Shown here one piece after another: positions 21,831 through 30,183 of a stretch of DNA of 64,000 bases. The DNA comes from an uncultured Solirubrobacteraceae bacterium (lineage in GTDB: Bacteria; Actinomycetota; Thermoleophilia; Solirubrobacterales; Solirubrobacteraceae). The DNA is taken from NCBI GenBank assembly GCA_963811595.1, contig CAWERW010000008.1, positions 374,965 through 438,964 on the forward strand. Direction: 5' to 3'. Within the stretch, counting starts at the first letter, position 1. Each line of letters opens with the position of its first letter. The position numbers and the translations under genes are program-made. A model generated the notes under the pieces. That model did no database searches. It was not told the origin of the DNA and saw only the letters and a program-made list of their open reading frames with translations.

Positions 21831-22558
21831 GTCGCCTCCACCGTGATCGCGCCGAACGGCTCGGCCTGCTCCCAGCTCGCCTCGCCGCGCTTGTAGAGCT
21901 CGAGCAGCGCGAACAGCGTGACCGCGACCGTCACCCGGTCTGCGTCCTTGACGGCGTCGTCGAACGCGAACGTCCCGCCGCGCAGCAGCTCGCGCAGGTG
22001 CGCGACGCGCTCGCTCAGCGACACGCGCGGCATCGCCATGTGGCTGAGGTCGACGGGTGGGGGCGTGCGCAGCAGCCCGCCGAGAGCGGCGCCGAGCAGC
22101 GCCGGCTCGTAGGACGCCTCGGCCTTCTCGACCGACAGGCGGCGCAGCGCGTCGGGCAGCGGGGCGGCGCGATAGAGCAGCGCCTGGGCCTCGACCGTGC
22201 GCTCGCCCAGCCAGCCGGCGGCGCCGCGGAAGCGCGCGTAGCGCAGCAGCCGCTCGAGCAGCTCGTCGGCCGCCTCGGCGGGCGCGAGCTCGTCGAGCTC
22301 CTCGGTCTCCTCGCCCGGCAGCATCAGCCGCGACTTCAGCTCGAGCAGCGCCGCGATCAGGACGAGGAACTCGGTCGTCGCCTCGAGGTCGAGCTCGTCG
22401 CGCTCCTCCAGGTGGTCGAGGTAGGCGAGCACGACCTCGGCGAGCTCGATCTCCAGCAGGTCGAGCTCCTCGCGCAGGATCAGCGAGAGCAGGAGGTCGA
22501 ACGGCCCTGCGAAGACGTCGAGGTCGAGCTCCAGCCGGTGCACGGCGGTCGCTGGCAT
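21827..22558 (-). CDS. scpA: segregation and condensation protein A
   Basis: FAGPFDLLLSLILREELDLLEI..LVLIAALLELKSRLMLP. Confidence 0.9.
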   Translation of the reverse strand: MPATAVHRLELDLDVFAGPFDLLLSLILREELDLLEIELAEVVLAYLDHLEERDELDLEATTEFLVLIAALLELKSRLMLPGEETEELDELAPAEAADELLERLLRYARFRGAAGWLGERTVEAQALLYRAAPLPDALRRLSVEKAEASYEPALLGAALGGLLRTPPPVDLSHMAMPRVSLSERVAHLRELLRGGTFAFDDAVKDADRVTVAVTLFALLELYKRGEASWEQAEPFGAITVEAT

Positions 22559-22562
22559 CGCC

Positions 22563-23561
22563 TCAGGCTAGGGACTGGGGCGGACCGACGCCCGTCTTCT
22601 CGCGGGCGTCGGCGAGCGTCTCCGCCGCCATCGCGCGGGCGCGCTCGGCGCCGGCCGCCAGGATCCGCTCGAGCCCGGCCTCGTCGCCGCGCAGCGCGTG
22701 GTAGCGCTCGCGCACCGGCGCGAGGTAGTCGACGACGGCCTCGCCGACCGCGACTTTGAAGTCGCCGTAGCGGGAGTCGGCGAACTCGCGCTCGATGTCC
22801 TCGGCCGAGACGCCGCGGATGACCGCGAGCAGCTCGATCAGGTTCGAGATGCCGGGCTTGTCCGGGGCGCGCACGATGTCGGTCCCGGAGTCGGTGACCG
22901 CCCGCTTGAACTTCTTCACGATCGCGTCGGGCTCGTCGAGCACGTAGACGGTCCCCTGCTCGCTCGCCGCGGTCGTCGACATCTTCTTCGTCGGCTCCTG
23001 CAGGTCGCGGATCCGCGCGCCGACCGCGGGGATCCGCGCCTCCGGCACCACGAAGGTCTCGCCGAAGCGGCGGTTGAAGCGCTCGGCGGCGTCGCGCATC
23101 AGCTCGACGTGCTCGCGCTGGTCCTCCCCCACCGGCACCTCGTGGGCGCGATAGGCGAGCACGTCCGCCGCCATGAGGACGGGGTAGAACAGCAGCCCGG
23201 CGGACACGAGCTCGCGCTGGGCGAGCGACTTGTCGCGGAACTGGTGCATGCGCTGGAGCTCGCCGATCGGCGTCACCGCCGACAGCAGCCACGACAGCTC
23301 GGTGTGCTCCTTGACGTCGGACTGGCGGAACAGCACGCAGCGCTCGGGGTCCAGGCCGGAGGCGATCAGGAGCGCCTCGAGGTCGTACCCGCGCGCCCGC
23401 AGCTCGGCCGGGTCGTAGTCGACGGTGATCGAGTGGAGGTCGACGATGCAGTAGATCGCCGGGTCGCCGCGCTCCTGGCCGGCGACGTACTGCGTGATGC
23501 CGCCGATGTAGTTGCCCAGGTGCTTGCGGCCGGTCGGCTGGATGCCCGAGAAGATCCGCAC
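22563..23561 (-). CDS. trpS: tryptophan--tRNA ligase
   Basis: IFSGIQPTGRKHLGNYIG (HIGH-like region) and KKMSTT (KMSKS-like). Confidence 0.9.
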   Translation of the reverse strand: MRIFSGIQPTGRKHLGNYIGGITQYVAGQERGDPAIYCIVDLHSITVDYDPAELRARGYDLEALLIASGLDPERCVLFRQSDVKEHTELSWLLSAVTPIGELQRMHQFRDKSLAQRELVSAGLLFYPVLMAADVLAYRAHEVPVGEDQREHVELMRDAAERFNRRFGETFVVPEARIPAVGARIRDLQEPTKKMSTTAASEQGTVYVLDEPDAIVKKFKRAVTDSGTDIVRAPDKPGISNLIELLAVIRGVSAEDIEREFADSRYGDFKVAVGEAVVDYLAPVRERYHALRGDEAGLERILAAGAERARAMAAETLADAREKTGVGPPQSLA

Positions 23562-23625
23562 TGAGCCGGCGAAGATAGCGGCCCGCCCCGAGGGCGAGTG
23601 GGGCGGGCCGCGGCGGGAGCGTGCT

Positions 23626-24195
23626 CTACGCGGTGCGGGGCACCAGCGCGAGCAGCGCGTTCAGGACCTGCGTGAGCTGCGAGGCGGTGGGCCGCGACGA
23701 AGCCTGCGGGTCGAGGATGCCGGTGATCCCGCACAGCAGGTTGCCGAGGAGCGCCCCGGCGCCGGGGACGGCCTCGATCAGGACCTCGATCCGGCTCGTC
23801 GCGACGCGCAGGCCGAGCAGGTTGAGGTCGATCGGCTGCAGCACCAGGTCGAGGATCTGGCAGGCGCCCGGGGTCGGGTTGGGACGCTGCGACGCGCCGG
23901 CGGCCTCATGGCGCTCGAGCGCCACGGGGATCTGGACGTTCTTGCGCGTCACCTTGCGACCGCCGAGCCGGCCCTTGAGCGTGCCGACGGCGACCTGCTT
24001 GCCGCCGCTGCGGGCGAACTTCTGGATCGTGTATGTGCCGCTGAACTTCTTGCCGTTCTTGGCCTTGCCGGTCATGTCGACCTGCTGCGTGAGCGGCGTG
24101 CCGCTCGTCTGCGCCGCAGCCGGGCCGGCGCCGCCGATGAGCATCACTGCCAGTGCGGCGACGGCCGCGACTACGAGCATGCGGGACTTGGACAT
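23626..24195 (-). CDS. secreted hypothetical protein
   Basis: Signal peptide MSKSRMLVVAAVAALAVMLIGGAGPAAAQ, with GGAGG 7 nt upstream of the ATG. Conserved-looking core CQILDLVLQPIDLNLLGLRV..GNLLCGITGILD with two Cys. Confidence 0.6.
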   Translation of the reverse strand: MSKSRMLVVAAVAALAVMLIGGAGPAAAQTSGTPLTQQVDMTGKAKNGKKFSGTYTIQKFARSGGKQVAVGTLKGRLGGRKVTRKNVQIPVALERHEAAGASQRPNPTPGACQILDLVLQPIDLNLLGLRVATSRIEVLIEAVPGAGALLGNLLCGITGILDPQASSRPTASQLTQVLNALLALVPRTA

Positions 24196-24420
24196 CCCTT
24201 ACCTCCGATGGATTCGGTTGACCCCGGAGTCCTGCCCTCGGGTCCCGCGGCTCGAAAGTGGTCCGACGCCACACCGGATCTCTCTGGGGTGTACAACCGA
24301 AAAACGGTTCAACACGCATGTGGCGAAGCAGGGCGGCTGCGGCGCGGTTGCGGCGCGCGCGGGCTCACGCCCTCGCGCCGTCGCGCATCTGACCGGGGCG
24401 TCAGGCTGGCTTGACAGCGC

Positions 24421-25710
24421 TCAGCGCGAACTGCGGAGCAGCACCCTGCGCCGGGCCGTCGTGGTCGCCCGCCCGGGCGCCCGCACGGTGATCCGCAGCC
24501 GCAGCGCGAGCCGCCCGCGCCGGTCGAGCGCGCGCCTCGCGGCGCGGTTGAGCGGCACCCGCAGGCGCAGCGTCCCGGCCCGCGCCCGGCGCCGCAGCAC
24601 ACGGCCCGCGCGGCGGCCGCCGCGCGTCAGCCGCGCCTCGACCCGCGCCGGCCCGCGCGCGATCCGCAGCCTGACCCGCACCGCGCGCCCGCGCTGGCGG
24701 CGGGCCACCCGCAGCGAGCTGAACGCGCGCGCCGGGCGGCGTGCCACCGGCGTGCCTCCCACCGGCGCGCCTGTCGTCGCGCCGGGCACGTCGGCCGGCC
24801 CCCAGTACGGCTCGGCACCCGCGCCGAGGCGGCGCTCGCGGATGGCGGAGCAGTCAGTGACGGGTCTGCGCAGGTCGGGCACCGGGCCGGCGACGTGCAC
24901 GCCGTCGGGGGCCTCCCAGGCGAGCATCGTGCCGTCCGGCGACCACGTCGGGCTGGCGTACGGGCCGCCAGGGATCACGCAGCGCAGCACCGGCAGCGCC
25001 GGCGGCGGGTCGACGACCCCGAACAGGTGAATCTCGTTGCCGCCCGCGACCGCCGCGAAGCGGTCGCCGCCGCGGCTGATCTGGCCCTGGTCGAGCTCGG
25101 TCCCGTCGTCGTAGGAGAACCAGCCCTGGTTGTCGGACTCGCCGCGGCCGACGCGGTTGACCGCCACCGCCTCGCCCGACCCCGGGCCGGGGCGGAACAG
25201 CAGCGCGCGGCCGGAGCCGTACCACGACGGGTCGCGGCGGTCGCGCACCGCGCCGAGCTCGAGCGGGTCGGTCGTGCGGTCGGCGTAGGCGTAGGCGGCG
25301 ACCTCGCGGTCCTCGAACGAGCAGTTCGGGTCGAGCGGCAGGCACGCGCGGCGGCGGCCCGTGAACCAGTACGCGATCTTCAGCCCGTCGGGCGACACGC
25401 GCGGGTCGTAGGGGCCGCCGGCCACGAGCCAGTCGCCGCCGACCGCGGCGGTCGGCACGCCCACCGGCGCGCCGTCGGTCCGGAGCCGCACGAACGAGCT
25501 CCCGCGCAGCGCGACGATCAGCCCGTCGTCGGCCATCGACGGCGAGGCGTGGCCGCCACCGACCGTCAGCCGCCGCTCGGTCGCGCCGTCGGGCGTCGAG
25601 ATCCAGACGTCGCCGTCGCGGACGAACACGATCGAGTCCGCGAGCGCCGGCGCGGGGAGCGCGAGCACGAGCACGACGGCGAGCGCTGCTGCGTGGACGG
25701 GCCGCAACAC
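24421..25710 (-). CDS. secreted TolB-like (PD40/WD40-like beta-propeller) protein with an Arg-rich C-terminal module
   Basis: Signal peptide; repeated SPDG..IAY / SPDGTMLAW motifs. C-terminus: ..RVRLRIARGPARVEARLTRGGR..GRLALRLRITVRAPGRATTTARRRVLL. Confidence 0.7.
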   Translation of the reverse strand: MLRPVHAAALAVVLVLALPAPALADSIVFVRDGDVWISTPDGATERRLTVGGGHASPSMADDGLIVALRGSSFVRLRTDGAPVGVPTAAVGGDWLVAGGPYDPRVSPDGLKIAYWFTGRRRACLPLDPNCSFEDREVAAYAYADRTTDPLELGAVRDRRDPSWYGSGRALLFRPGPGSGEAVAVNRVGRGESDNQGWFSYDDGTELDQGQISRGGDRFAAVAGGNEIHLFGVVDPPPALPVLRCVIPGGPYASPTWSPDGTMLAWEAPDGVHVAGPVPDLRRPVTDCSAIRERRLGAGAEPYWGPADVPGATTGAPVGGTPVARRPARAFSSLRVARRQRGRAVRVRLRIARGPARVEARLTRGGRRAGRVLRRRARAGTLRLRVPLNRAARRALDRRGRLALRLRITVRAPGRATTTARRRVLLRSSR

Positions 25711-25726
25711 GCGGCCAATGTAGCCC

Positions 25727-27295
25727 TCAGAGCGGCTGGCGAATGACCGGCCGCTTCGCGGCGCCGGCCTCGTCGAGCCGGCGCACCGGCGTCGAGTAGG
25801 GCGCGTTGCGCGCGATCTCCGGGTCCTCGGCGCCCTCGCGGAGGATGTCGGCGATCACGTCGGCGAACGCGTCGAGCGTCTCCTTCGTCTCCGTCTCGGT
25901 CGGCTCCACGAGCAGCGCCTCCTCGACGAGCAGCGGGAAGTAGACGGTCGGCGGGTGGAAGCCGTGGTCGAGCAGGCGCTTGGCGAGGTCGAGCGTCTTG
26001 AGCCCGAGGTTCTTCTTCATCGGCGCGCCCGAGAGCACGAACTCGTGCATGCAGACGCGGTCGTAGGCGGCCGGCAGGTGCTCGGCGACGCCCTGCTCCT
26101 TGAGCCGCGCGAGCAGGTAGTTGGCGTTGAGCACCGCGGTCTCCGACGCCTCCTGCAGGCCGTCGCCGCCCAGCGACAGGATGTAGGCGTAGGAGCGCAC
26201 GAACACGCCGTAGTTGCCCTGGAAGCCGCGCAGGCGCCCGATCGACTTCGGCCGGTCGAAGTCGAGGTCGAACGTCGGGCCGTGGCCGTTCTCGGCCTCC
26301 CGCCGGACGACCTGCGGGCGCGTGAGGTACGGCTCGATGCGGTCCGAGACCGCGATCGGGCCGGCGCCCGGGCCCCCGCCGCCGTGCGGCTGCGTGAAGG
26401 TCTTGTGCAGGTTGTAGTGGACGATGTCGAAGCCCATGTCGCCCGGGCGCGTACGGCCCATGACGGCGTTGAGGTTCGCCCCGTCGTAGTAGAGCGTCGC
26501 GCCGACGCCGTGGACGATCTTCGCGATCTCCGTGATGTTCTCGTCGAACAGCCCGAGCGTGTTCGGGTTCGTGAGCATCAGGCACGCGACGTCATCGCCG
26601 GCCTTCGCGCGCAGGTCCTCGACGTCGACCCCGCCGCGCTCGTCGGTGCCGACCTTGACGACGTCGTAGCCGGCCATCGTCACCGTCGCCGGGTTCGTGC
26701 CGTGCGCGGTGTCGGGCGTGAGCACCTTCGTGCGGTGCTCGCCGCGGTCCTCGTGATAGGCGCGGGTGAGCAGCACGCCCGCGAGCTCGCCGTGCGAGCC
26801 GGCGCTCGGCTGGAGGCTGACGTGCGGGAGGCCGGCGATCTCGCCCAGCGCCTGCTGGAGCTCCCACATCAGCTGCAGCGCGCCCTGGGCGCGCCTCGGG
26901 TGCTGCGCGGGATGCAGGCGCGCGTTGCCGGGCAGCGCGGCGACGCGCTCGTGCAGCTTCGGATTGTGCTTCATCGTGCACGAGCCGAGCGGGTAGAAGC
27001 CGGTGTCGAGGTCGAAGTTGCGCTTGGAGAGCCGGTTGTAGTGTCGGACGATCTCGGGCTCGGCGATCTCCGGCAGCTTCGGCGGATCGGTGCGGCGCAG
27101 GTGATCGGGGATGAGGTTGTCCTGCTCGGGCACGTCGAGCTCGGGCGCCACGAACGCGCGGCGGCCGGGCTTGGACTTCTCGAAGATCGTGACCGCGCGG
27201 TCGCGCTGCATCGGCGTCTCGAACTGCGCGCCGGGCGAGGCCTGCGGCGACTCGCCCTGGCCGGGGTCGGTGTGGAGGCGGTTGTCGCTGATCAC
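25727..27295 (-). CDS. gcvPB: glycine dehydrogenase (aminomethyl-transferring) subunit 2
   Basis: ..YPLGSCTMKHNPK..HYNLHKTFTQPHGGGGPG... Confidence 0.9.
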   Translation of the reverse strand: MISDNRLHTDPGQGESPQASPGAQFETPMQRDRAVTIFEKSKPGRRAFVAPELDVPEQDNLIPDHLRRTDPPKLPEIAEPEIVRHYNRLSKRNFDLDTGFYPLGSCTMKHNPKLHERVAALPGNARLHPAQHPRRAQGALQLMWELQQALGEIAGLPHVSLQPSAGSHGELAGVLLTRAYHEDRGEHRTKVLTPDTAHGTNPATVTMAGYDVVKVGTDERGGVDVEDLRAKAGDDVACLMLTNPNTLGLFDENITEIAKIVHGVGATLYYDGANLNAVMGRTRPGDMGFDIVHYNLHKTFTQPHGGGGPGAGPIAVSDRIEPYLTRPQVVRREAENGHGPTFDLDFDRPKSIGRLRGFQGNYGVFVRSYAYILSLGGDGLQEASETAVLNANYLLARLKEQGVAEHLPAAYDRVCMHEFVLSGAPMKKNLGLKTLDLAKRLLDHGFHPPTVYFPLLVEEALLVEPTETETKETLDAFADVIADILREGAEDPEIARNAPYSTPVRRLDEAGAAKRPVIRQPL

Positions 27296-28665
27296 GCCGT
27301 CACCGCTCTGTCTCGGCCAGAGGCCTCGCCACCGCTTCGCTCGCGCTCCGCCGCAACCGCCGCGCCGAGCACCGTCGCGAGCCGGTCGATGTCCTCGCGG
27401 CCGCGCTGCTCGGTGATCGCGACCAGGAGCCCGTCGTCGTCGAGCGGCAGGCCGGGGTTGACGCCCTCGGCGGCGCAGCGCTCGATGACGGCGTCGACGG
27501 GCGCGTCGAGCTTGACCGCGAACTCCCTGACCACCGGCTGCTCGTGGAGCAGCTCGACGCCGTCGAGCTCCGCCAGCTGCGCGCGCGCGTAAGCGGTGCG
27601 CTGGAGCAGCAGCTCGCCGAGCTCGACGAGCCCGCGGCGGCCGAGCCAGCTCAGGTAGATGACGCCGGCCAGCGCGTTGAGCGCCTGCGCGGTGCAGATG
27701 TTGTGCGTGGCCTTCTCGCGCCGGATGTGCTGCTCGCGCGTCTGCAGCGTGAGCACGAAGCCGCGGCGGCCGTCGACGTCGGTGGTCTCGCCCGCGATGC
27801 GGCCGGGCATGCGGCGCAGGTAGGTCTCCTGGGCGGCGAAGAAGCCGAACGACGGGCCGCCGTAGTCGAGCCGGTTGCCGAGCGTCTGCCCCTCCCCCAC
27901 GGCGACGTCGACGCCGTAGGCGCCGGGCGGCTTGAGCACTCCGAGCGTCAGCGGGTCGCAGGCGACGATGATCAGCGCGCCGGCCTCGTGGGCGGCGTCG
28001 GTGAGGGCCTGGAGGTCCTCGACGGCGCCGTAGAAGTTCGGGTACTGCACGAGCACGGCGGAGACGTCGTCGCCGATCTCCGGGACCTCGGTGACGCCGT
28101 CGGCGAGCGGGATCTCCTCGACGCTCGTGCCCCAGCCGGCGGACGTGGTCACGAGCGTCTCGCGCGAGTGCGGATGCACGCCGGCGGAGACGAGGAAGCG
28201 GCTGCGCTTGTTGTGCAGCTTCGCGAGATAGGCGGCCGCGGCGAGCGCCGACGGGCCCTCGTAGACGGACGCGTTGGAGACCGGCAGGCCGGTCAGCTCG
28301 GAGATCGCGGTCTGGTACTCGAACATGACCTGCAGCCCGCCCTGGGAGATCTCGGGCTGGTAGGGCGTGTACGGCGTCAGGAACTCGCTGCGCGAGAGGA
28401 TCGAGTCGATCAGGCTCGGCACGTAGTGGTCGTACATGCCGCCGCCGATGAAGCTGATCTCGTCCTCGGTGCTGACGTTGCGGTCCGCGAGCTCGCGCAG
28501 CCGCGCGTAGACCTCCTGCTCCGGCTTGCCGGGCGGGAGGTCGAGCGGGCGGTCGAGCCGGACGCCCTCCGGCACGGCGTCGAACAGCTCGTCGATCGAC
28601 GCGACGCCGATGGCGTCGAGCATCTCCTGGCGGTCGGCGTCGGTGGCGGAGGTGTAGCGGCTCAT
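27292..28665 (-). CDS. gcvPA: glycine dehydrogenase (aminomethyl-transferring) subunit 1
   Basis: ..FIGGGMYDHYVPS..TPYQPEISQGGLQ..LQTREQHIRREKATHNICT... Confidence 0.9.
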   Translation of the reverse strand: MSRYTSATDADRQEMLDAIGVASIDELFDAVPEGVRLDRPLDLPPGKPEQEVYARLRELADRNVSTEDEISFIGGGMYDHYVPSLIDSILSRSEFLTPYTPYQPEISQGGLQVMFEYQTAISELTGLPVSNASVYEGPSALAAAAYLAKLHNKRSRFLVSAGVHPHSRETLVTTSAGWGTSVEEIPLADGVTEVPEIGDDVSAVLVQYPNFYGAVEDLQALTDAAHEAGALIIVACDPLTLGVLKPPGAYGVDVAVGEGQTLGNRLDYGGPSFGFFAAQETYLRRMPGRIAGETTDVDGRRGFVLTLQTREQHIRREKATHNICTAQALNALAGVIYLSWLGRRGLVELGELLLQRTAYARAQLAELDGVELLHEQPVVREFAVKLDAPVDAVIERCAAEGVNPGLPLDDDGLLVAITEQRGREDIDRLATVLGAAVAAERERSGGEASGRDRAVTA

Positions 28666-29051
28666 TACGTGAGGGTGGCCTCGTACGCGGACGCGTCCAT
28701 CAGCTCGTCCGCCTCCCCTACGTTAGAGAGGCGGATCTTGACCATCCATCCCTCGCCGTACGGGTCCTCGTTGACCTGCTCTGGGGAGTCGGAGAGCCCC
28801 TCGTTGACCTCGGTGATCTCGCCGGACAACGGCGCGACGACGTCGGAGACCGCCTTGACGGACTCGACCTCGGCGTACGGCTGGTCCTTCGTGACGGTGG
28901 TGCCGACCTCGGGCGGGTCGAAGAACACGACCTCGCCGAGCTGCTCCTGCGCGTACCAGGTGATGCCCATCGTGGCGGTGTCGCCGTCGATCCGCGCCCA
29001 GTCGTGCTCGGCGTGGTACTTGAGGTCCGGCGGGTACGAGGCCTCGGCCAA
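28665..29051 (-). CDS. gcvH: glycine cleavage system H protein
   Basis: ..HDWARIDGDTATMGITWYAQ..AEVESVKAVSDV.. (lipoyl-Lys motif). Confidence 0.9.
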   Translation of the reverse strand: MAEASYPPDLKYHAEHDWARIDGDTATMGITWYAQEQLGEVVFFDPPEVGTTVTKDQPYAEVESVKAVSDVVAPLSGEITEVNEGLSDSPEQVNEDPYGEGWMVKIRLSNVGEADELMDASAYEATLT

Positions 29052-29054
29052 GGT

Positions 29055-30131
29055 CTACTCCTTGCGGTAGAGGGGCTTCTCGCGGACTTCGGCGGTGCGG
29101 GGCTTGCCGCGAACGTCGATCTCGAACTCGGTGCCGGGCTCGGTCTTGCCGGCCGGCAGGTACGCCATCCCGATGCCGTAGCCGAGGCACGGGCTCTGCG
29201 TGCCCGACGTGACCTCGCCGCCGCCCGCGATCGGGTTGCCCTGGCGGGCGATGCCGGGGCCGGTGAGGGCGAACGGGACGAGCTTCTCCGGGGTACCGCT
29301 CGCGCGCGCCTCCGCGATCCTGTCCGCGCCGATGAAGCCCGTGTCCTCCTTGCAGCACCAGCCGAGGCCGGCCTCGATCGGGTTGCGGTCCTCGGACAGG
29401 TCGTTGCCGTAGAGGTGGAAGCAGACCTCGAGGCGGAGCGTGTCGCGGGCGCCGAGGCCGATCGGCGCGGCGCCGGCCTCGGTGAGCGCGTCCCACACGC
29501 GCACCGCGTCATCCGGCCGCACCAGGAGCTCGACGCCGTCCTCGCCCGTGTAGCCCGTCCCGGCCACGAGGACCTCGTCCGCGCCCGCGACCGTCAGCCG
29601 CGTCGTGCGGAAGCGCTTCGGCAGCTCACCGTCGGCGAGGCCCGCCACCAGGTCGCGCGCCTCCGGCCCCTGGACCGCGAGCATCGCGTAGTCGTGGAGC
29701 TTGTCGTCGACCTGGACGTCGAAGTCCTTGGCGTGCTTCTGGAACCACGCGAGATCCTTGTCGTGGTTGCTCGCGTTCGTGACCGTGAGGAAGTGGTCGG
29801 GGCCGAGGCGGTAGGTGAAGAGGTCGTCGAGCACGCCGCCGTCCGGCTTGGTGAGGACGGAGTACTGCGCGCCGTCCTCGGCGATCTTCGAGACGTCGTT
29901 GGAGAGGATGCGCTGGAGCAACTCCTCCGCGTCGGGCCCGTGCGTCTCGATCTCGCCCATGTGGCTGACGTCGAACACGCCCACCTTCGTCCGCACCGCG
30001 ACGTGCTCGGGGCGGATCCCCTCGTACTGCACGGGCATCTCCCACCCGGCGAACGGGACGAGCCGCGCCCCGGCGGCGGCATGGCGATCGTGCAGCGGAG
30101 TGCGCTTCAGCGTCTCGGTGCCGGAGGCCAT
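29055..30131 (-). CDS. gcvT: glycine cleavage system aminomethyltransferase T
   Basis: ..FAGWEMPVQYEGI..EHVAVRTKVGVFDVSHMGE... Confidence 0.9.
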   Translation of the reverse strand: MASGTETLKRTPLHDRHAAAGARLVPFAGWEMPVQYEGIRPEHVAVRTKVGVFDVSHMGEIETHGPDAEELLQRILSNDVSKIAEDGAQYSVLTKPDGGVLDDLFTYRLGPDHFLTVTNASNHDKDLAWFQKHAKDFDVQVDDKLHDYAMLAVQGPEARDLVAGLADGELPKRFRTTRLTVAGADEVLVAGTGYTGEDGVELLVRPDDAVRVWDALTEAGAAPIGLGARDTLRLEVCFHLYGNDLSEDRNPIEAGLGWCCKEDTGFIGADRIAEARASGTPEKLVPFALTGPGIARQGNPIAGGGEVTSGTQSPCLGYGIGMAYLPAGKTEPGTEFEIDVRGKPRTAEVREKPLYRKE

Positions 30132-30183
30132 CGCGGGCGGACCCTAGCAGCGCCCTGGCGCGGCTTTCGGGCTACATTGCCGG

